Program-made: the position numbers and the translations under genes | From: Botryllus schlosseri | Lineage: Eukaryota | DNA: 64,000 nt | Assembly (NCBI GenBank): GCA_051294905.1 | Contig: CM119371.1 | Location: 23,002,001-23,066,000 of the forward strand | Direction of reading: 5' to 3' | Shown: in pieces, positions 13,802 to 26,340 of the stretch | Position numbering within the stretch: the first letter of the stretch is position 1 | Layout of the letters: each line of letters begins with the position of its first letter | Notes under the pieces: model-generated | Told to the model about the DNA's origin: nothing | Database searches by the model: none | The model's input: only the letters and a program-made list of their open reading frames with translations

Positions 13802-13994
13802 CAATGTTCCCTCTAGTTTTTACCGAGTCTGCGCACACTCACCAACTTACTGCGCAGACCCATGTAAAACAGTGCGTAACGACCAGAAAAAGGTCATCAC
13901 TTCGGATTTCTTGTGCGCAACTTCTATTTTCTATTCGCAGAGACCGTGTCAGCACTGCGCATTTGCGCACGTGCGCAGCTTAGAGGGAACGTTG
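13802..13994. mobile_element. 193-bp hAT MITE, CAATGTTCCCTCTA family
   Basis: TIRs CAATGTTCCCTCTA / TAGAGGGAACGTTG; exact TSD CATGCAGC. Confidence 0.93.
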
Positions 13995-14444
13995 CATGCA
14001 GCCTTGGCTTTTGTAAATACCACAGTTACATCATTGCAGTGCTCGCTCACGTGGTTGAAAGATTTTATTGTAGGTGAATGTCAATTGGTTGACCAGCTAT
14101 TACCTCATCTCTTTTATTTGTTGGTTGTAATATTTCTACAAGTGTGTATGTGCCAATAACGTCATAGTTGGCGTTTCTGCGACCTGATCATCTTTATAAC
14201 TAAGCCTATAAGCTCTATAAACTTTTGGGGTCACACTACATTTTGTCGAGTCAAGATATCACAGATTAATAATATTTTGTAGACTTATTAAATGCCGTTA
14301 AAGGACCTTCGGTCAAACTCGTTTTATACGAACGCATGCATTCGCTACTCGCGTAAAATATTCTAAGAGTTGTTGCTGGAATCGGCATATATCTAGTGCA
14401 TTGAATCATGAAAACAAAATAAGTTATTTACTCTATCGATCAGA

Positions 14445-14450
14445 TTTATT
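14445..14450 (-). promoter_or_regulatory. Probable polyadenylation signal of the lipocalin-like gene
   Basis: AATAAA on the minus strand about 150 nt after the stop at 14600. Confidence 0.55.
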
Positions 14451-14599
14451 GAACAACAAACGATTGAAACAACAAACAAACATGCAGGATTTTATAATGT
14501 ATACTATTAATGCGAAAATGAATTCAGAAAAATGACATACTACTACTATTGGACTAGTCTAGATTGTAACTGGTATTTGTACCTTCTTTTATATCGATT

Positions 14600-17500
14600 T
14601 CAAAAGTATTGTATAGCATCGCATCGGCTAAGCCGTAATGGTGCAGATATTCCATGCTTTAAAAGCTCGTTATGAATATATATCAATTTATCTGCAGTAA
14701 TGATCCTCTCCATGGTAAACACCCACACGTTCCAACCTAAAATAGCGAAGCATATTCGATTCAGAAAACCCACATATTGCAACTCGTATCGTCAAATATG
14801 ATTAATTGTTCTGAGAAAGGAAATATGAACTATACGCTAAGGACTTCTGAATCAATATGGTACGCACGACACTTGACGAGGTATTGCGATGGACACTGAT
14901 TTAAACATTCGGTTGGATTGTAGATGTAAAGTAACTGGTTATGCTATACCTGAAGGCGCGCAGCGTACTGAAGCCACGTAGTGGTGGTCGGGGTCCCAAA
15001 TATCACTATTCTCAATTGGTATTCCTGATGAAGCTGAACAAATTAAAATGAACCCAAAAATATCATCGATGAATTCGATCATGTATACGAGAAACAGTGT
15101 AAGCTTACAATTTCGATCTATTCATTACCTAACATCGCAACGAGCATCAGGATTTAATCGGATCAAGCTAATGTGCTAGGCCTGGAAAATAGATCTATGC
15201 TCACACATTTAATAATAATAGTTTATGTTCCCATGCAGCAAAGAAGTTTTACATAGAGAATACTACTGTGGCGACTATTAGGTCCAGTGGGTAGCCCATG
15301 TACACCCATACTTTGAACAATGCATACATTTGGTGTCGTTAGATTTCATTGTCTTAAATTATTTGCTACAAAGTCACAAACATTCATGTCAACCTGTACA
15401 ATTCATATATATTCTTTTAAGTCATTAAGCAAGTAACATTCGCCGATTCAATTTCAGGAGATTATATATTCCGTGTATGCTTAAAGATTATTTCGCTTTG
15501 TTGGAATGCTAAAAGACGCAGGAACGCCGGGAAATCCGTCTTCGGATTGTGCCTCGATTGAGCCTCCTACTTTATATTGCACTATTTCAAACGTACATAA
15601 TCTGAGCTTATCACCATTCAATAAATCGAAAAGTCTTATTTTTATCGGACTATGATAGGTACTGCATGGTAGATTTTTTTGTAATAGAGCTAAAACATTC
15701 GCGTTTACTTCTAAATCGGGGAGGTGTGTTTCCGTGTAGCCAGCAAGATATTGTTACGAACATGGCATCACATTTGTAAAGCACAGACGAAATAATATGG
15801 AACTTACTTTCATCCACCATTGCCAGATAGGTATCACCTCTGTCAACAGAACGATCGAGCTTGACTATATTCACTGAATTTAAAATGATAAAACTTATAT
15901 TATTCTCAGACAGCAATTATTCCATCATAAAGGAGTTGAATTACAAAATTATCGAAGAGAAACTATGGGACTAACTGTCGTAAAAGGATAAAAATGTATG
16001 GGTCGTATGTCGAGAAGTATTCTTCCGGATAACAAGTAAATATACCGAGGCGGATACTCCAGTGATAAGGCATGAGCTGTGTTCTTATTCAAGTAGTGTA
16101 GAGGTGGGATTACCTCAACATAATGGCAATTTTTACTATAATGATCGTTGTTTTGCCTGCTTGAAGTATCCCTAAATGATGTATTGGTTTATTTTTTAAA
16201 TAATAAATTGTATCACGTTCATTCACCTATCAATGTTTGCTCAAGCGTGTTGAGCTATTCATAAAGTTTAAGTGCTAATTGCAGGGTACATGCTTTCAAA
16301 ATGTATTCACAATCAGAAACTGATATTTGATATTTGAATTACCTTTCTCGATGTAACGTGTGTAATATCCATCAGACCCCTTGTATCTGGTATGCTCCAG
16401 GTATTTCCCTATCGTTCCACTGTTGAGAATACGACGGTTCTTGTAAATTAAAAGCAGCAAAAACCAAGGGTTTTCGCAATTCAACTTCTTAAGAGAACAT
16501 CGACGAGGAAGAGTTGTCAATACTCTAAATGCGGCACTAACAACGCGACGATCATGCCTATACCACACAATGAACATAAAATTCTATCTGCTGCCTGTAA
16601 CGTATTTAGAGGCGAGTCTTATATGTCAAATATATGTGTAGGCTATATATATTACTTGTTATAATATACTGTTACTAAATCAGTGTATCCAGTCGGCCCG
16701 TGATATTGCAGCTTGACTGTGGCGCATGCCCGATCCATAGCGTCGCTGTCCAAGGTTCTCATGGTAACGTACCAGGTATGATTGAGCTGAAATAGGTGAG
16801 ACATTGAACCACCGGCTCTCGCTAGCTTCCCGAATATAGATCTTTGCATGTATTCTTTTCCCATTGTGGGTGGGATCAGCAAATGAGATGAGCACATTAT
16901 AACTCCGAGTAGCTATAGTCCGTGCTCGAGACCACCGGATCATGGTGTGACATGGAATTCACCTACCACTTCCGTGGCGAGATAGCTCAGTGGTATAATC
17001 CGCGGCTGCAACACCAATGGGTGCGGGTTCGAGTCCGACCGAGGTCGACTTCCGAATTCCGATACCTAAGTGTTGGAGGTTTACCTAGGCTCCTCCTCGC
17101 CACCTCATCCGCGTAAGCGGTGTCTTACAAAAAGCCTAGAGGTGGGCCGTGCTATAAGTCGGCAGTTACGGAAAATATGAAGAATATCGGCCTGGTGTAA
17201 ATGACCATAGTAGTCGACAAACACCATGAATATCCCAAAACAAACAAACAAACCTACCACTTCGTCCAAATTACTGCCCTATTCTATGTTTTCTTTTCAT
17301 ACTTTTATCAATACCGTGTATTTGTTTCAATTTTTTTTATGTAATTCTTTCATCATAAGATGTAGGCCGACCATGTTTTTTTTTGTTGGAAATGCGATTT
17401 CAAGTCGTTTCTACCCTTTCCTATCGCGTTATTGTTTCACACTGTTGTGGCGTTTTAATGCATGAATAATATTTATACACATATCGGAATAACAATTCAT

Positions 17501-18244
17501 CAAAACTAGTTTGCACTATTCGGGATCAATCCGATTAATATAAACATTCATAATTCAACCTTCCCACATACGAATTCGAGGTCAGGTACATAGAACCTGA
17601 GTGGTTCCCAACCTGTGGTACGCGTAGGTCTTCCAGGTGGTACTCGATTAGATTCTTTTTTTTTTCGACCGAATGGAGTTGTTGGTTCAGACTGGGTTAA
17701 TTCTGAGTTTTTTGGAGCTGTCTTCATCGTGGTGAGGTAGTCGTCGTGGGCAAGGCCAATCCAACCAATGACGGCCTACGGGGAAGAGATCTAGTCGTAA
17801 AGCATTGGGATTATTACCTAACCAAATTCCATTTTAATACATGACCACAAGAATTCCAAATGAATCCACCATACAGAAATCATATACTGCGTGTTAAAAT
17901 GAGCAGTTTGTTTTCTGTTTCGCTGCTTTCGGCAGTTCAACAGAAACATTTTTGACCGCCCTCGGCGCGGTAACTTATGTAGGTGGTACGCGAGTACTGC
18001 ATAAAACCTCAAAATCTTATGTGGCTGGAAAAATGCTGGGAGCCACTGCTTTAAAGTATATTCCAATCATCGCAATTGCTGCCTGTTCTGTCTATACATC
18101 AGCCTCTTATACACAGATAATGATTACCTTCGCTGGAGAAAAGGCTCTTGTCGAAGATGGTTTGGGCAACGGTGCGCTCATGTCACATCCGATACTTTCG
18201 CACCTTGCGATCAAAGCCACACAGACTGTGAGTATCAGCAACAT
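14600..18244 (-). CDS. Six-exon secreted outlier lipocalin (ApoD-like), 203 aa; exons 18244-18128, 16786-16656, 16419-16343, 15873-15808, 15033-14950, 14736-14600
   Basis: All introns GT-AG, phases 0,2,1,1,1, joining into an uninterrupted 612-nt CDS: MLLILTVCVALIARCESIGCDMSAPLPKPSSTRAFSPAK|LNHTWYVTMRTLDSDAMDRACATVKLQYHGPTGYTDLVTVYYN|NGTIGKYLEHTRYKGSDGYYTRYIEK|VNIVKLDRSVDRGDTYLAMVDE|TSSGIPIENSDIWDPDHHYVASVRCAPS|GWNVWVFTMERIITADKLIYIHNELLKHGISAPLRLSRCDAIQYF. Signal peptide; Cys 20/60/155/197; phase-0 intron just before the W-Y motif, as in lipocalins. Confidence 0.85.
16974..17251 (+). mobile_element. Full-length tRNA-derived SINE in lipocalin intron 1
   Basis: A box TAGCTCAGTGG, B box GGTTCGAGTCC, (AAAC)n tail, 12-bp TSD ACCTACCACTTC (16961-16972 / 17252-17263). 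Confidence 0.9.
17599..18048. mobile_element. Degenerate hAT MITE in lipocalin intron 1
   Basis: Ends GAGTGGTTCCCAACC / TGCTGGGAGCCACTG with GTGGTACGCG motifs at both ends; no TSD. Confidence 0.5.
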
Positions 18245-21200
18245 CTTAATTGTCGAAGTTTATATCCATGTGAATGAACGAATCTTATATGTGAGCCACA
18301 TGTTCGGTGACCAGATCTATATAGAGACCCATGCACCATCTCTTGAAACGATTCCGACTAAGCGTCACTTCCGTAACGGCTTGTCTAGATTACACGAACA
18401 GTATTTCCACATTACATTTCTTTTACTCAAAATATGTTAGAAACCATGAGAACCTTTTGCAAACATGAAACCCGCCCGCAGAATATCATGAAACCATGAG
18501 CCACATTTGTCAGTAATGTTGACCACGTTTTATGTAGTGCGCACGCGGACCCCTGATGACACGAAAGAGCTATGCAAAAACAGTAAAATATCGTGATGAA
18601 ATAGAATGCTAATGGTCCCACTCAGATGACCCCATTTAGATCCGTGGTCACCACACTATTAATTACATATGCTGAATACCATAACCAAGTAGCCATGCAT
18701 GTCATTTTTATACTTGTGATACAAGTAATACTTGTGATGTAACAATGGGAAATGATTTCAAAAACCCGACGTTTCAAATGCCAATCATCTAATAGCATGC
18801 ACCATTACGTGTTCTGAAGTGCTCAGTTTCTGTCATAGTCTTATTAAAAGTAACAAATTACTAAATTGTCATTTTACAAATGAATGATTCTATATACTAT
18901 CATCAATATTTAAAATTTCTACAATCATCATAATGATTTACCATTACAAATCACGATTATCGCAAGTCTGTCGGACAGATATGGAGGCGACAAAACTTGA
19001 TGAAGAAGCTTACCCCAAACGACGCCCACCGTTTACGAATTTATTGGGGGCATGTCATGTGAAAATGTTTCTGATATGTATGTTGGAGTTGACATTCATA
19101 ACTTTTTTCTATAATAATTTGACATACCTCAAATTTGAACATTTGGTTTCTCCAAACTCCCATCTCTATGGAGACAGTTTGTGAAAGGCTCCGTTTGCGT
19201 ATTTAATTCTCACGTAAGAACTAGGGCCTATACCAAGTTCGTAACTTCATACCAACACACGAAGATATGCCCGTCTGCAAGTCATATAAATTATTGGCTG
19301 ATGGGCGAGGCGTGATATATACCTACGTGTGATTGGATAAACCTCATGTGCCTTGTGCAGTGAATTAATACTTACACTGGGTACGATATTATTGATATAT
19401 TTATATTTATATTTATATATCAATAATGATATCACCATTACATTCATAAGGTGTTCGGGTGTCATACAGAAAATATCTTTTTACTGAGTATGCAGATTGT
19501 AGCTTTTTCTTCTTTCTTGATTTCATGGCGGAGTTCGACACAATAAATCCACGCGGATTTTATAAGATTGGGGTGATCATTGTAAACATAGTAATGATTA
19601 TGATGACTAAATTGGAGTTCATCAAATAATGTAATGTCGAAAATGAGATTACTTTCACAAGGCCGCGAATTTGCAGAGAATTTTATTTGTCATTCGTATT
19701 TTGCCATGAAATATAAATTTACCAGTTTTCTCACTCGCGAATTTCAGATTTGTTTAGCGTCCAATTGACGTCTTGAATTGTTCAGTGTCCAGCTCAACAT
19801 TCTGAGGAACTGATGTTGTATTGCGATTATGACGAAACAAATCATGTACATTTCCAAATTAACCAAATATTGTCGTTATGTGAATTCAGTATCCATAACA
19901 GCAATTTCAACGCATCACTACCTAGCCCGTGCTACAAATACGTGTCACCAAGCATGCATTATACGTATATCTTTATATCTCGATTGCGTGTGTTGATGCA
20001 TCCAGTGTAGCTTGTGCTCGAGAAGAAGTCGACGAGTTCGTAGTTAAGGGTGGAACACGATGATTCGAATATTCGAATTTAAATAGCATATAATTGTAAT
20101 GGTTGGTAAGGGAGAGATGGTTTTCGAATGCCGAAAGTATACACTCCAGGCCACTAACAGTGAATTTATCAATGAGTATACTGGTTTTGATTTTATTTTA
20201 CACAGCGGAAGGCTGTGAACCTCTATTGGTCGTATCGTAGCATTTACAACACGTAGAACATACCTAATAGGCACATTCGTGGCAAACTGGCAATGGCATG
20301 TAAGTGAAAAAGTAATCTCCTCACAGCATTGTTACAAAAAGCAATGAAATAGTTGTTGTCATAAAACACCAATGAAACATTACCATATGATATAGAACTA
20401 ACATTATATATTTGTGGTCGTTAAGAGCGACCTATTTAAACTTCCCATATCATTTATACTGTTGTGGCGTCGTAATGATTGAATCCCAAGCCTATAGTTC
20501 TTGATTCAACATCGCATCACTCAGGTATACTCAATGTCGCCCATCTCTATTCGTCCTTTGTGGATGTTTGCTTGATGGTAAAAACTATTGTACGCAGTGG
20601 CATGTGAATGAATACGTTCACTTCCAGTGTTGGCGCTATTGCATACCAATATTAGGATAAGGGATTAAATAATCTGGTTGCATAGTGTTTTGTGGGTTTC
20701 GGTTATGTGAAACCTGCAGGCACCAAATCGATGGAAACTGGTATTTTGTTTACGCCGCTTTCTGAAAAACAAACGGCGATATAAAGTTAAATATGAACTC
20801 TGCTGAAAATGCCTTTTGCAGTTGCCTAATTTGCATTGTGGATCAAAATACCAGGGTTCGTCATCTGTATAAACACCTTAGTGATGGACGGGTTAGCGTT
20901 CGCAAAATAACAGTGATTCAGCACTCCAAATTACGTATTTTATTTTAAAATAAATATGTGTGGTGTTGCCACTTTCCAATTTTCTGTGGTGTGTAGGATT
21001 TAGTGCGAACTGGACCCTTTCATGCGTCACATTATGGAACCTCAGGAGAGTCAGGATGGGGGCACAGAGGTTTTTGTGCGACCACCCAGACCCAATCTAT
21101 TCTGCTCATTTACAGTTGAATCAGTAGTAAATGATATGTAATATTACCTACGTTCTTTGTGCAGGGTAATAATAATATTATATAGGCTACATGAAGATGA

Positions 21201-21422
21201 TACGACAAGGAATGGTCTTGATGTGTTTATTTCTAGTGATAACATTACCGTTGATAACAGGTAAAATAAATAGTATGATATGTCTTTGTTACTCATTTCA
21301 TGACCTTTTCAATCATGACCGCTATCATTAAGATTTAAAGCGGAGGTCTCACTAACTGATATTTGGTGTATAGGCCACACACAAGCATGATATCTCTACT
21401 CATGGGACAAACTTAGTTATGG

Positions 21423-21816
21423 TAGGGTTACCATACGTCCTCTTTTCAGAGGATTTGTCCTTTTTTCTAGACATTTTCGAAAGTGCAATCGGAGGACGCC
21501 CAAATGTCCTATTTTTGTGAAGTTTTGGTTAAATGTGTGTGAGAATCGGACTGATATATAGGAACTCAGTACTCAAGAAACGGTCCGGTGGTTGTTTCGA
21601 GAGTTGAGCCAGAAAGACGACTTTTTTGTCAACACCACTAAATTCGAGTAAAAAATGGTTGAATTTGGCGTCGAATGAAAGTAATGAATTTATTTTTAGT
21701 CAACTAACTACAAACTCGGAATACATTTACCAATTTGTCCGGATTTTACCCCGGTAATGTAGGTCTGAACATTTTGAAAAATGTCCTCTTTTCAGTTTTC
21801 CAAATATGGTACCCTA
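21423..21816. mobile_element. hAT MITE
   Basis: Ends TAGGGTTACCATA / TATGGTACCCTA, TGTCCTCTTTT subterminal repeats, flanks GTTATGG / GTTGTGG. Confidence 0.75.
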
Positions 21817-22178
21817 GTTGTGGTGTTCATCCGGTTTGGTAGCAAATATCTCTGACTACCGCCGACTGAGTTACTATTTAATTTAAGTAAAGTCTCTTAA
21901 TTTTGCTAACCTACGTAAATTTACAGCAGTACCTTTCAATCGTGTTTCAGGTGGGTATATCTCGTCTGCTGTGCTTGAAATTTGTACACAACTTGGTCAG
22001 GACAGTTAAAAGTCGCCATATATATGCTATTTTAGGATCACCATAGCGATTTGAAGTTTTTTTTGCTTTGCTGTAAACAAGTGGGAGGGGCACATTGCGG
22101 CTATTTGGCTGCGGCATAATGGTCCAATGATGTGCAAAGGCAGATTTTACAAAACATATGAAAATCAACAGAAGAGTG

Positions 22179-22762
22179 CAGGGTTGTAACCAAGTCACAA
22201 GGCTCCGAGTCACAATTCAATCTCACTTTTATAGTTTTGACTCGAGTCAAGTCGAGTCATTTCAATTCACCACCGAGTCAAGTCCGAGTCCAAGTCAGCG
22301 AGCAGAGGGTCGAGTCCGAGTCATGGAATTATGACTCGAGTCCAAGTCCAAGTCATTGTGTTGACTGCTCAGTTTCCAGTTAAAGTCTTGGTAAACCCAC
22401 TTTTTATAACTCTGTTTGGTGATATCGAATGGTTCGCATTTATAATATAACAATTTTCCTCACTTTTAGCAGTTTCTGGTCGCATTTTCAAGTACCAGTA
22501 CCAACAGACGAAATCCCAATACTGTGTTGGCTTCCGAATTACAATGAAATATCGGTCTTGGTCGCCTGAGTCTCGAGTCAATGACTTGGTTCGAGTCATG
22601 CCCAATGACTCGAGTCCAAGTCGAGTCAATATACAGATTGACTCGAGTCGAGTCGAGTCATTTCCGTATTTTAAAAAATGACTCTAGTCAAGTCGAGTCA
22701 TCGGAAAATCGTGACTCGAGTCGGACTCGAGTCGAGTCATGACTCGAGTCATTACAACCCTG
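22179..22762. mobile_element. 584-bp hAT MITE filled with GACTCGAGTC palindromes
   Basis: TIR CAGGGTTGTAA / TTACAACCCTG; exact TSD GAAGAGTG. Confidence 0.93.
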
Positions 22763-22873
22763 GAAGAGTGCGTAGAAGCAATATCGTGATCTACAGTTCA
22801 TTAAAACAACATCTCTTGCTTAGTCGCGTAATAAATGGACGGCGTTGTTGTTGTTGTTGTTTAAGGTATTCAT

Positions 22874-23121
22874 GGTGCTTGTCGACCAATATGGTCCTTT
22901 ACACCAGGCAAATTCTCTTCATTTTCATTCCGTTACTGTCGACTTGTAGCACGGCCCACGGGCTTTTATAAGACACCGCTTTCACGGATGACATCATGAG
23001 GAAAAGTCTAGATAAACCTCCAACACTGAAGTAGGAATTCTGGAGTCGACCTCGGTCATACTCGAACCCGCAACCCATTGCTGTCGCAGCTTTGAATCAT
23101 ACCACTACATTATTTCGCCAC
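22874..23121 (-). mobile_element. tRNA-derived SINE copy (reverse orientation)
   Basis: Reverse complement matches 16974-17225, including GGGTTCGAGT. Confidence 0.8.
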
Positions 23122-25589
23122 AAATAGAGGTCGTTAAGGACGCTAATAATCACGTAACGCGGCAAGCCGCGGCAGAGATCTTCATGCGAGTTTAAAAACG
23201 ATTCCAAATTTCGGGATGTGAACTATAAGTGGTCTTGGACATGTGCTGGTTCCTCTTTTTCTTCAGTGGTTGTCAGTTTCTTGCTAACTGATGCGGTGTT
23301 TATTTCTTAGTAGTTACCGAATCTTCCCTACCGTTTGTTTCATTGTGCCCCGCCTATGGTGCACAATGGGACAAACGATAGGGGAGAATTGGAAATTGGA
23401 ATTTGTGGATTCGAAATATATTTATGGCTAAAAACGTATTTTTCAACCCATTGTGCCCACCTTCCCCTATAATCCTTAAATCAGATTGTCGTTTTTCTTC
23501 AGCATCTCCGTTAGGATTTGATTCTGAAATGGTGAGTAGCAGAAAGGAAAGACCCAACACAGGTTTGTATTCAACCATGCGGTGTCGGAATCGAGAAAAG
23601 ATGCATTCCCTGCGTGTACGATAACCGAAGCATATAGTCTGTAATGAAGCAATGTAAATGTCTTTAGTACGGTATCGATGCAAATGTAAGTAGAGATTCC
23701 CGAGCTTCTTTCATCACTTTCGCCCCATTTGCCATTTCAGAACTATCCATTTCTTGTCATATTACTATAACAAAAAAGGCTGTCCTAAATCATAGAAATT
23801 CCGGCGTTTCAATGTAGACGGTTTCATGAAATTGCTCCCCCAGTCGATTTCAGTATATCACCCCCTTATTCCAATCGTTAGTAAACACTGTAACTCATAC
23901 ATTTTTTAACACAAAACCACTCAAACCGTGCCATGGCGTGTTCGCCACTGAAGAGGCCAGCATTGATACTTCAATTTAGAGAGATATTACATGGTTTACC
24001 TATACATATTATTCCCTGATCAGTGGATATGTCAGCATGGGATATTTTGAAATGCGACATGCGATTTATAGATAAGTAGGGTTGAGTTGAGTATAAAACT
24101 AGTGCTGTGCAAAATCCTGTATGTCAGAGTGATACGATCGATGAGCATTAGCCTCGGAGCCGGCCGAGTATAGTATTTGATTATCACCCATGGTAACGTG
24201 ATAAAACTAGGACTTATGTGGAATACTCGTATATTTTACCTTGATGCGTCCGCAAAGAAAATAGTGGCGATTCCACAAGGCAATAAATATTATTAAGCAT
24301 TTTTTCGACTATACCTATTTCATTGCACTTTGTTTCAATGCTGATAGTTGATCACTACTTCACAGAATGTTATTTCCGTGTACACGCTTAATATTTGTTT
24401 TGGATGCAGTGAAACGCTCAGTCCAGGCCTCTATGCTGTCACTTTGGGATATAAATGTCTGTGTTATAATTCGTAGCGATAACGCAACTCATCGTGGAGA
24501 GGATCGTAAAAATTACGTACCTAGGACTATAATCGACTTGAATCATTACAATTACTATGCTCTGTTCGAATCACAGTGTTCGAATTATGCTCATCTCTTA
24601 TAATATTGTGTATTGGATTTGGTATTATATCGGCTAGAAAACACCATTCCAGGTGATACTTACGCATGATGCATTCCAGGAAATGGTGGGATCCAAAATA
24701 TTCCATTTCATTGACACTGTCGCGTTATTTTTCAGGTCAAACGGGACGCGAGAGAAACAAAGGCTCAACTGGATCTCTAGGCCAGTAGGCCACCGTTGAA
24801 GAAATAAATCCATGCATGCCGATCACACATTATAAAGGATATATGACTAGTTCTGTTTGTAAGTCAACGTGTTAACATGATACGATATCTGATCATCAAT
24901 ATTGCTGTAACATTTGTGACTATTAGCGCATAGTAAAAGATCAGTGATTTTATGATTTCGATTTGTGGTAGGCCTACCCAATTCGTTTTAGAACAGCGTT
25001 TCCTTTTCAGTGGAATGACAGGGAACGGCGCGACAAGCTCCGTGCATGTATATGTATCGATTAAAAATGTACAGCATTGATGGGTAATTTGAGAATGGGT
25101 TTGCGTCTTCACACGAGCCAGAGACTTCCCGGCGATTACGTATCCCGTGGTGTACAATAAGTTTTACCGGACGCAAAACTTTATTGGATGTAACGAGGTG
25201 TAACAGATATAGCATTATAATAGACTGCTATTTGGACGATCAAGTTAACTTATTATGAAATACGAATAATTTTGGTTCGAAGGGAAGTCTTTTCAAACTC
25301 TACTGTAAGGATCTCCATCTTCATTCCATTGCTCGCGGCATTATTTTGCAAGCAATCATTCCCCCTGTTGAAATTAAATTAAACAAAAATGAAATTTTAT
25401 CATGGATTTTGCACTCGAGCACTCGAAACAGGACCACGGCCTCACTTTGTATAGTTAGTGGACCAATTTCATCAAAAACGCCTGTGGCATAGTCTGATAA
25501 ATTTCGACAAGGCGTTTCCTATATGGTGCAGCCTTTCTCGTAATTTTGATTTTCGAGTCATTCTTCTGGTGACAGCAACGGACGGCAAC

Positions 25590-26340
25590 CTGTTTCTGTC
25601 AATCAATCTTAGGTTACCTGTCGTATCTTTCAATGCATAATAGTCGGCACCCCCTCAACAACGTTCTGCTCCACGAGAATCATTGGCTAACTTAAATTAA
25701 ATTGGGGCAATACATCGTCACGCCTATATAAACCTACAAAAATCGTGTGATCATACAATACCTAATAAACTTACTAGTCTTACCGAATTCTCTTAGATAT
25801 ATATATTAGGACGGAAACAATTTTCACGTCCTTTGGTGTTACAGAGGCGTGACAAGTTTATTTCGTCACACGGTGTGCGAGTCGCTTATCCTTGAGGAAT
25901 GGATTCCTAGATGCCATTAAATGTGATGCGTTGCATCTTGTCATAACGTATCCAGACCTCGCAGAGTTGGGGAACGACTTCTAGCTCATAACATATCATG
26001 TTATAAATGTTGCGGAAGTAAACGGGGCCGGATTTATGGTGCTGCTTCATCCACACGATATCGATGATTTATATACGAATTGTCGCGTAATATAGACACG
26101 ACCGTCACGTACCTTCGTTTGACGATGAGATCAGTGCTGTAGCGTAGTCAATACCTTTCCAGTATGGTTCAAAGCCCGGAAAGGTTCTGGTTTGAGTGGA
26201 CGCGAACAATTTTGAAAGGCTCTCTTTGAACGCGACAGTTTACACGAGCCGATGACGTTACGTGACGTCCTAATGCTAATTCCAACCTTACATTTCCGTA
26301 AAGTCGTATGTATGTACGATTGTACGTACATGCACGTACA
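25590..26340 (+). pseudogene. Decayed coding-like segment, diverged paralog of 37130-38122; product unknown
   Basis: Roughly 70% similar to 37130-38122 by eye. Plus-frame peptides are shared with several synonymous differences: TLRDVLMLIPTLHFRKV vs TLLEVVLLIPTLHFRKV; TYPDLAELGNDF vs TYPGLAELGNDY. Confidence 0.45.

Noticed and set aside
16974-17050. tRNA-like sequence
   Set aside because: No proper cloverleaf; it is the head of a multi-copy SINE with tail and TSD.
17952-18440. 162-aa plus-strand ORF
   Set aside because: Antisense shadow of lipocalin exon 1 plus MITE sequence.
23501-23531. Plus-strand mini-exon ASPLGFDSEM|gtgagt resembling a lipocalin exon-1 end
   Set aside because: No compatible upstream or downstream exons found.
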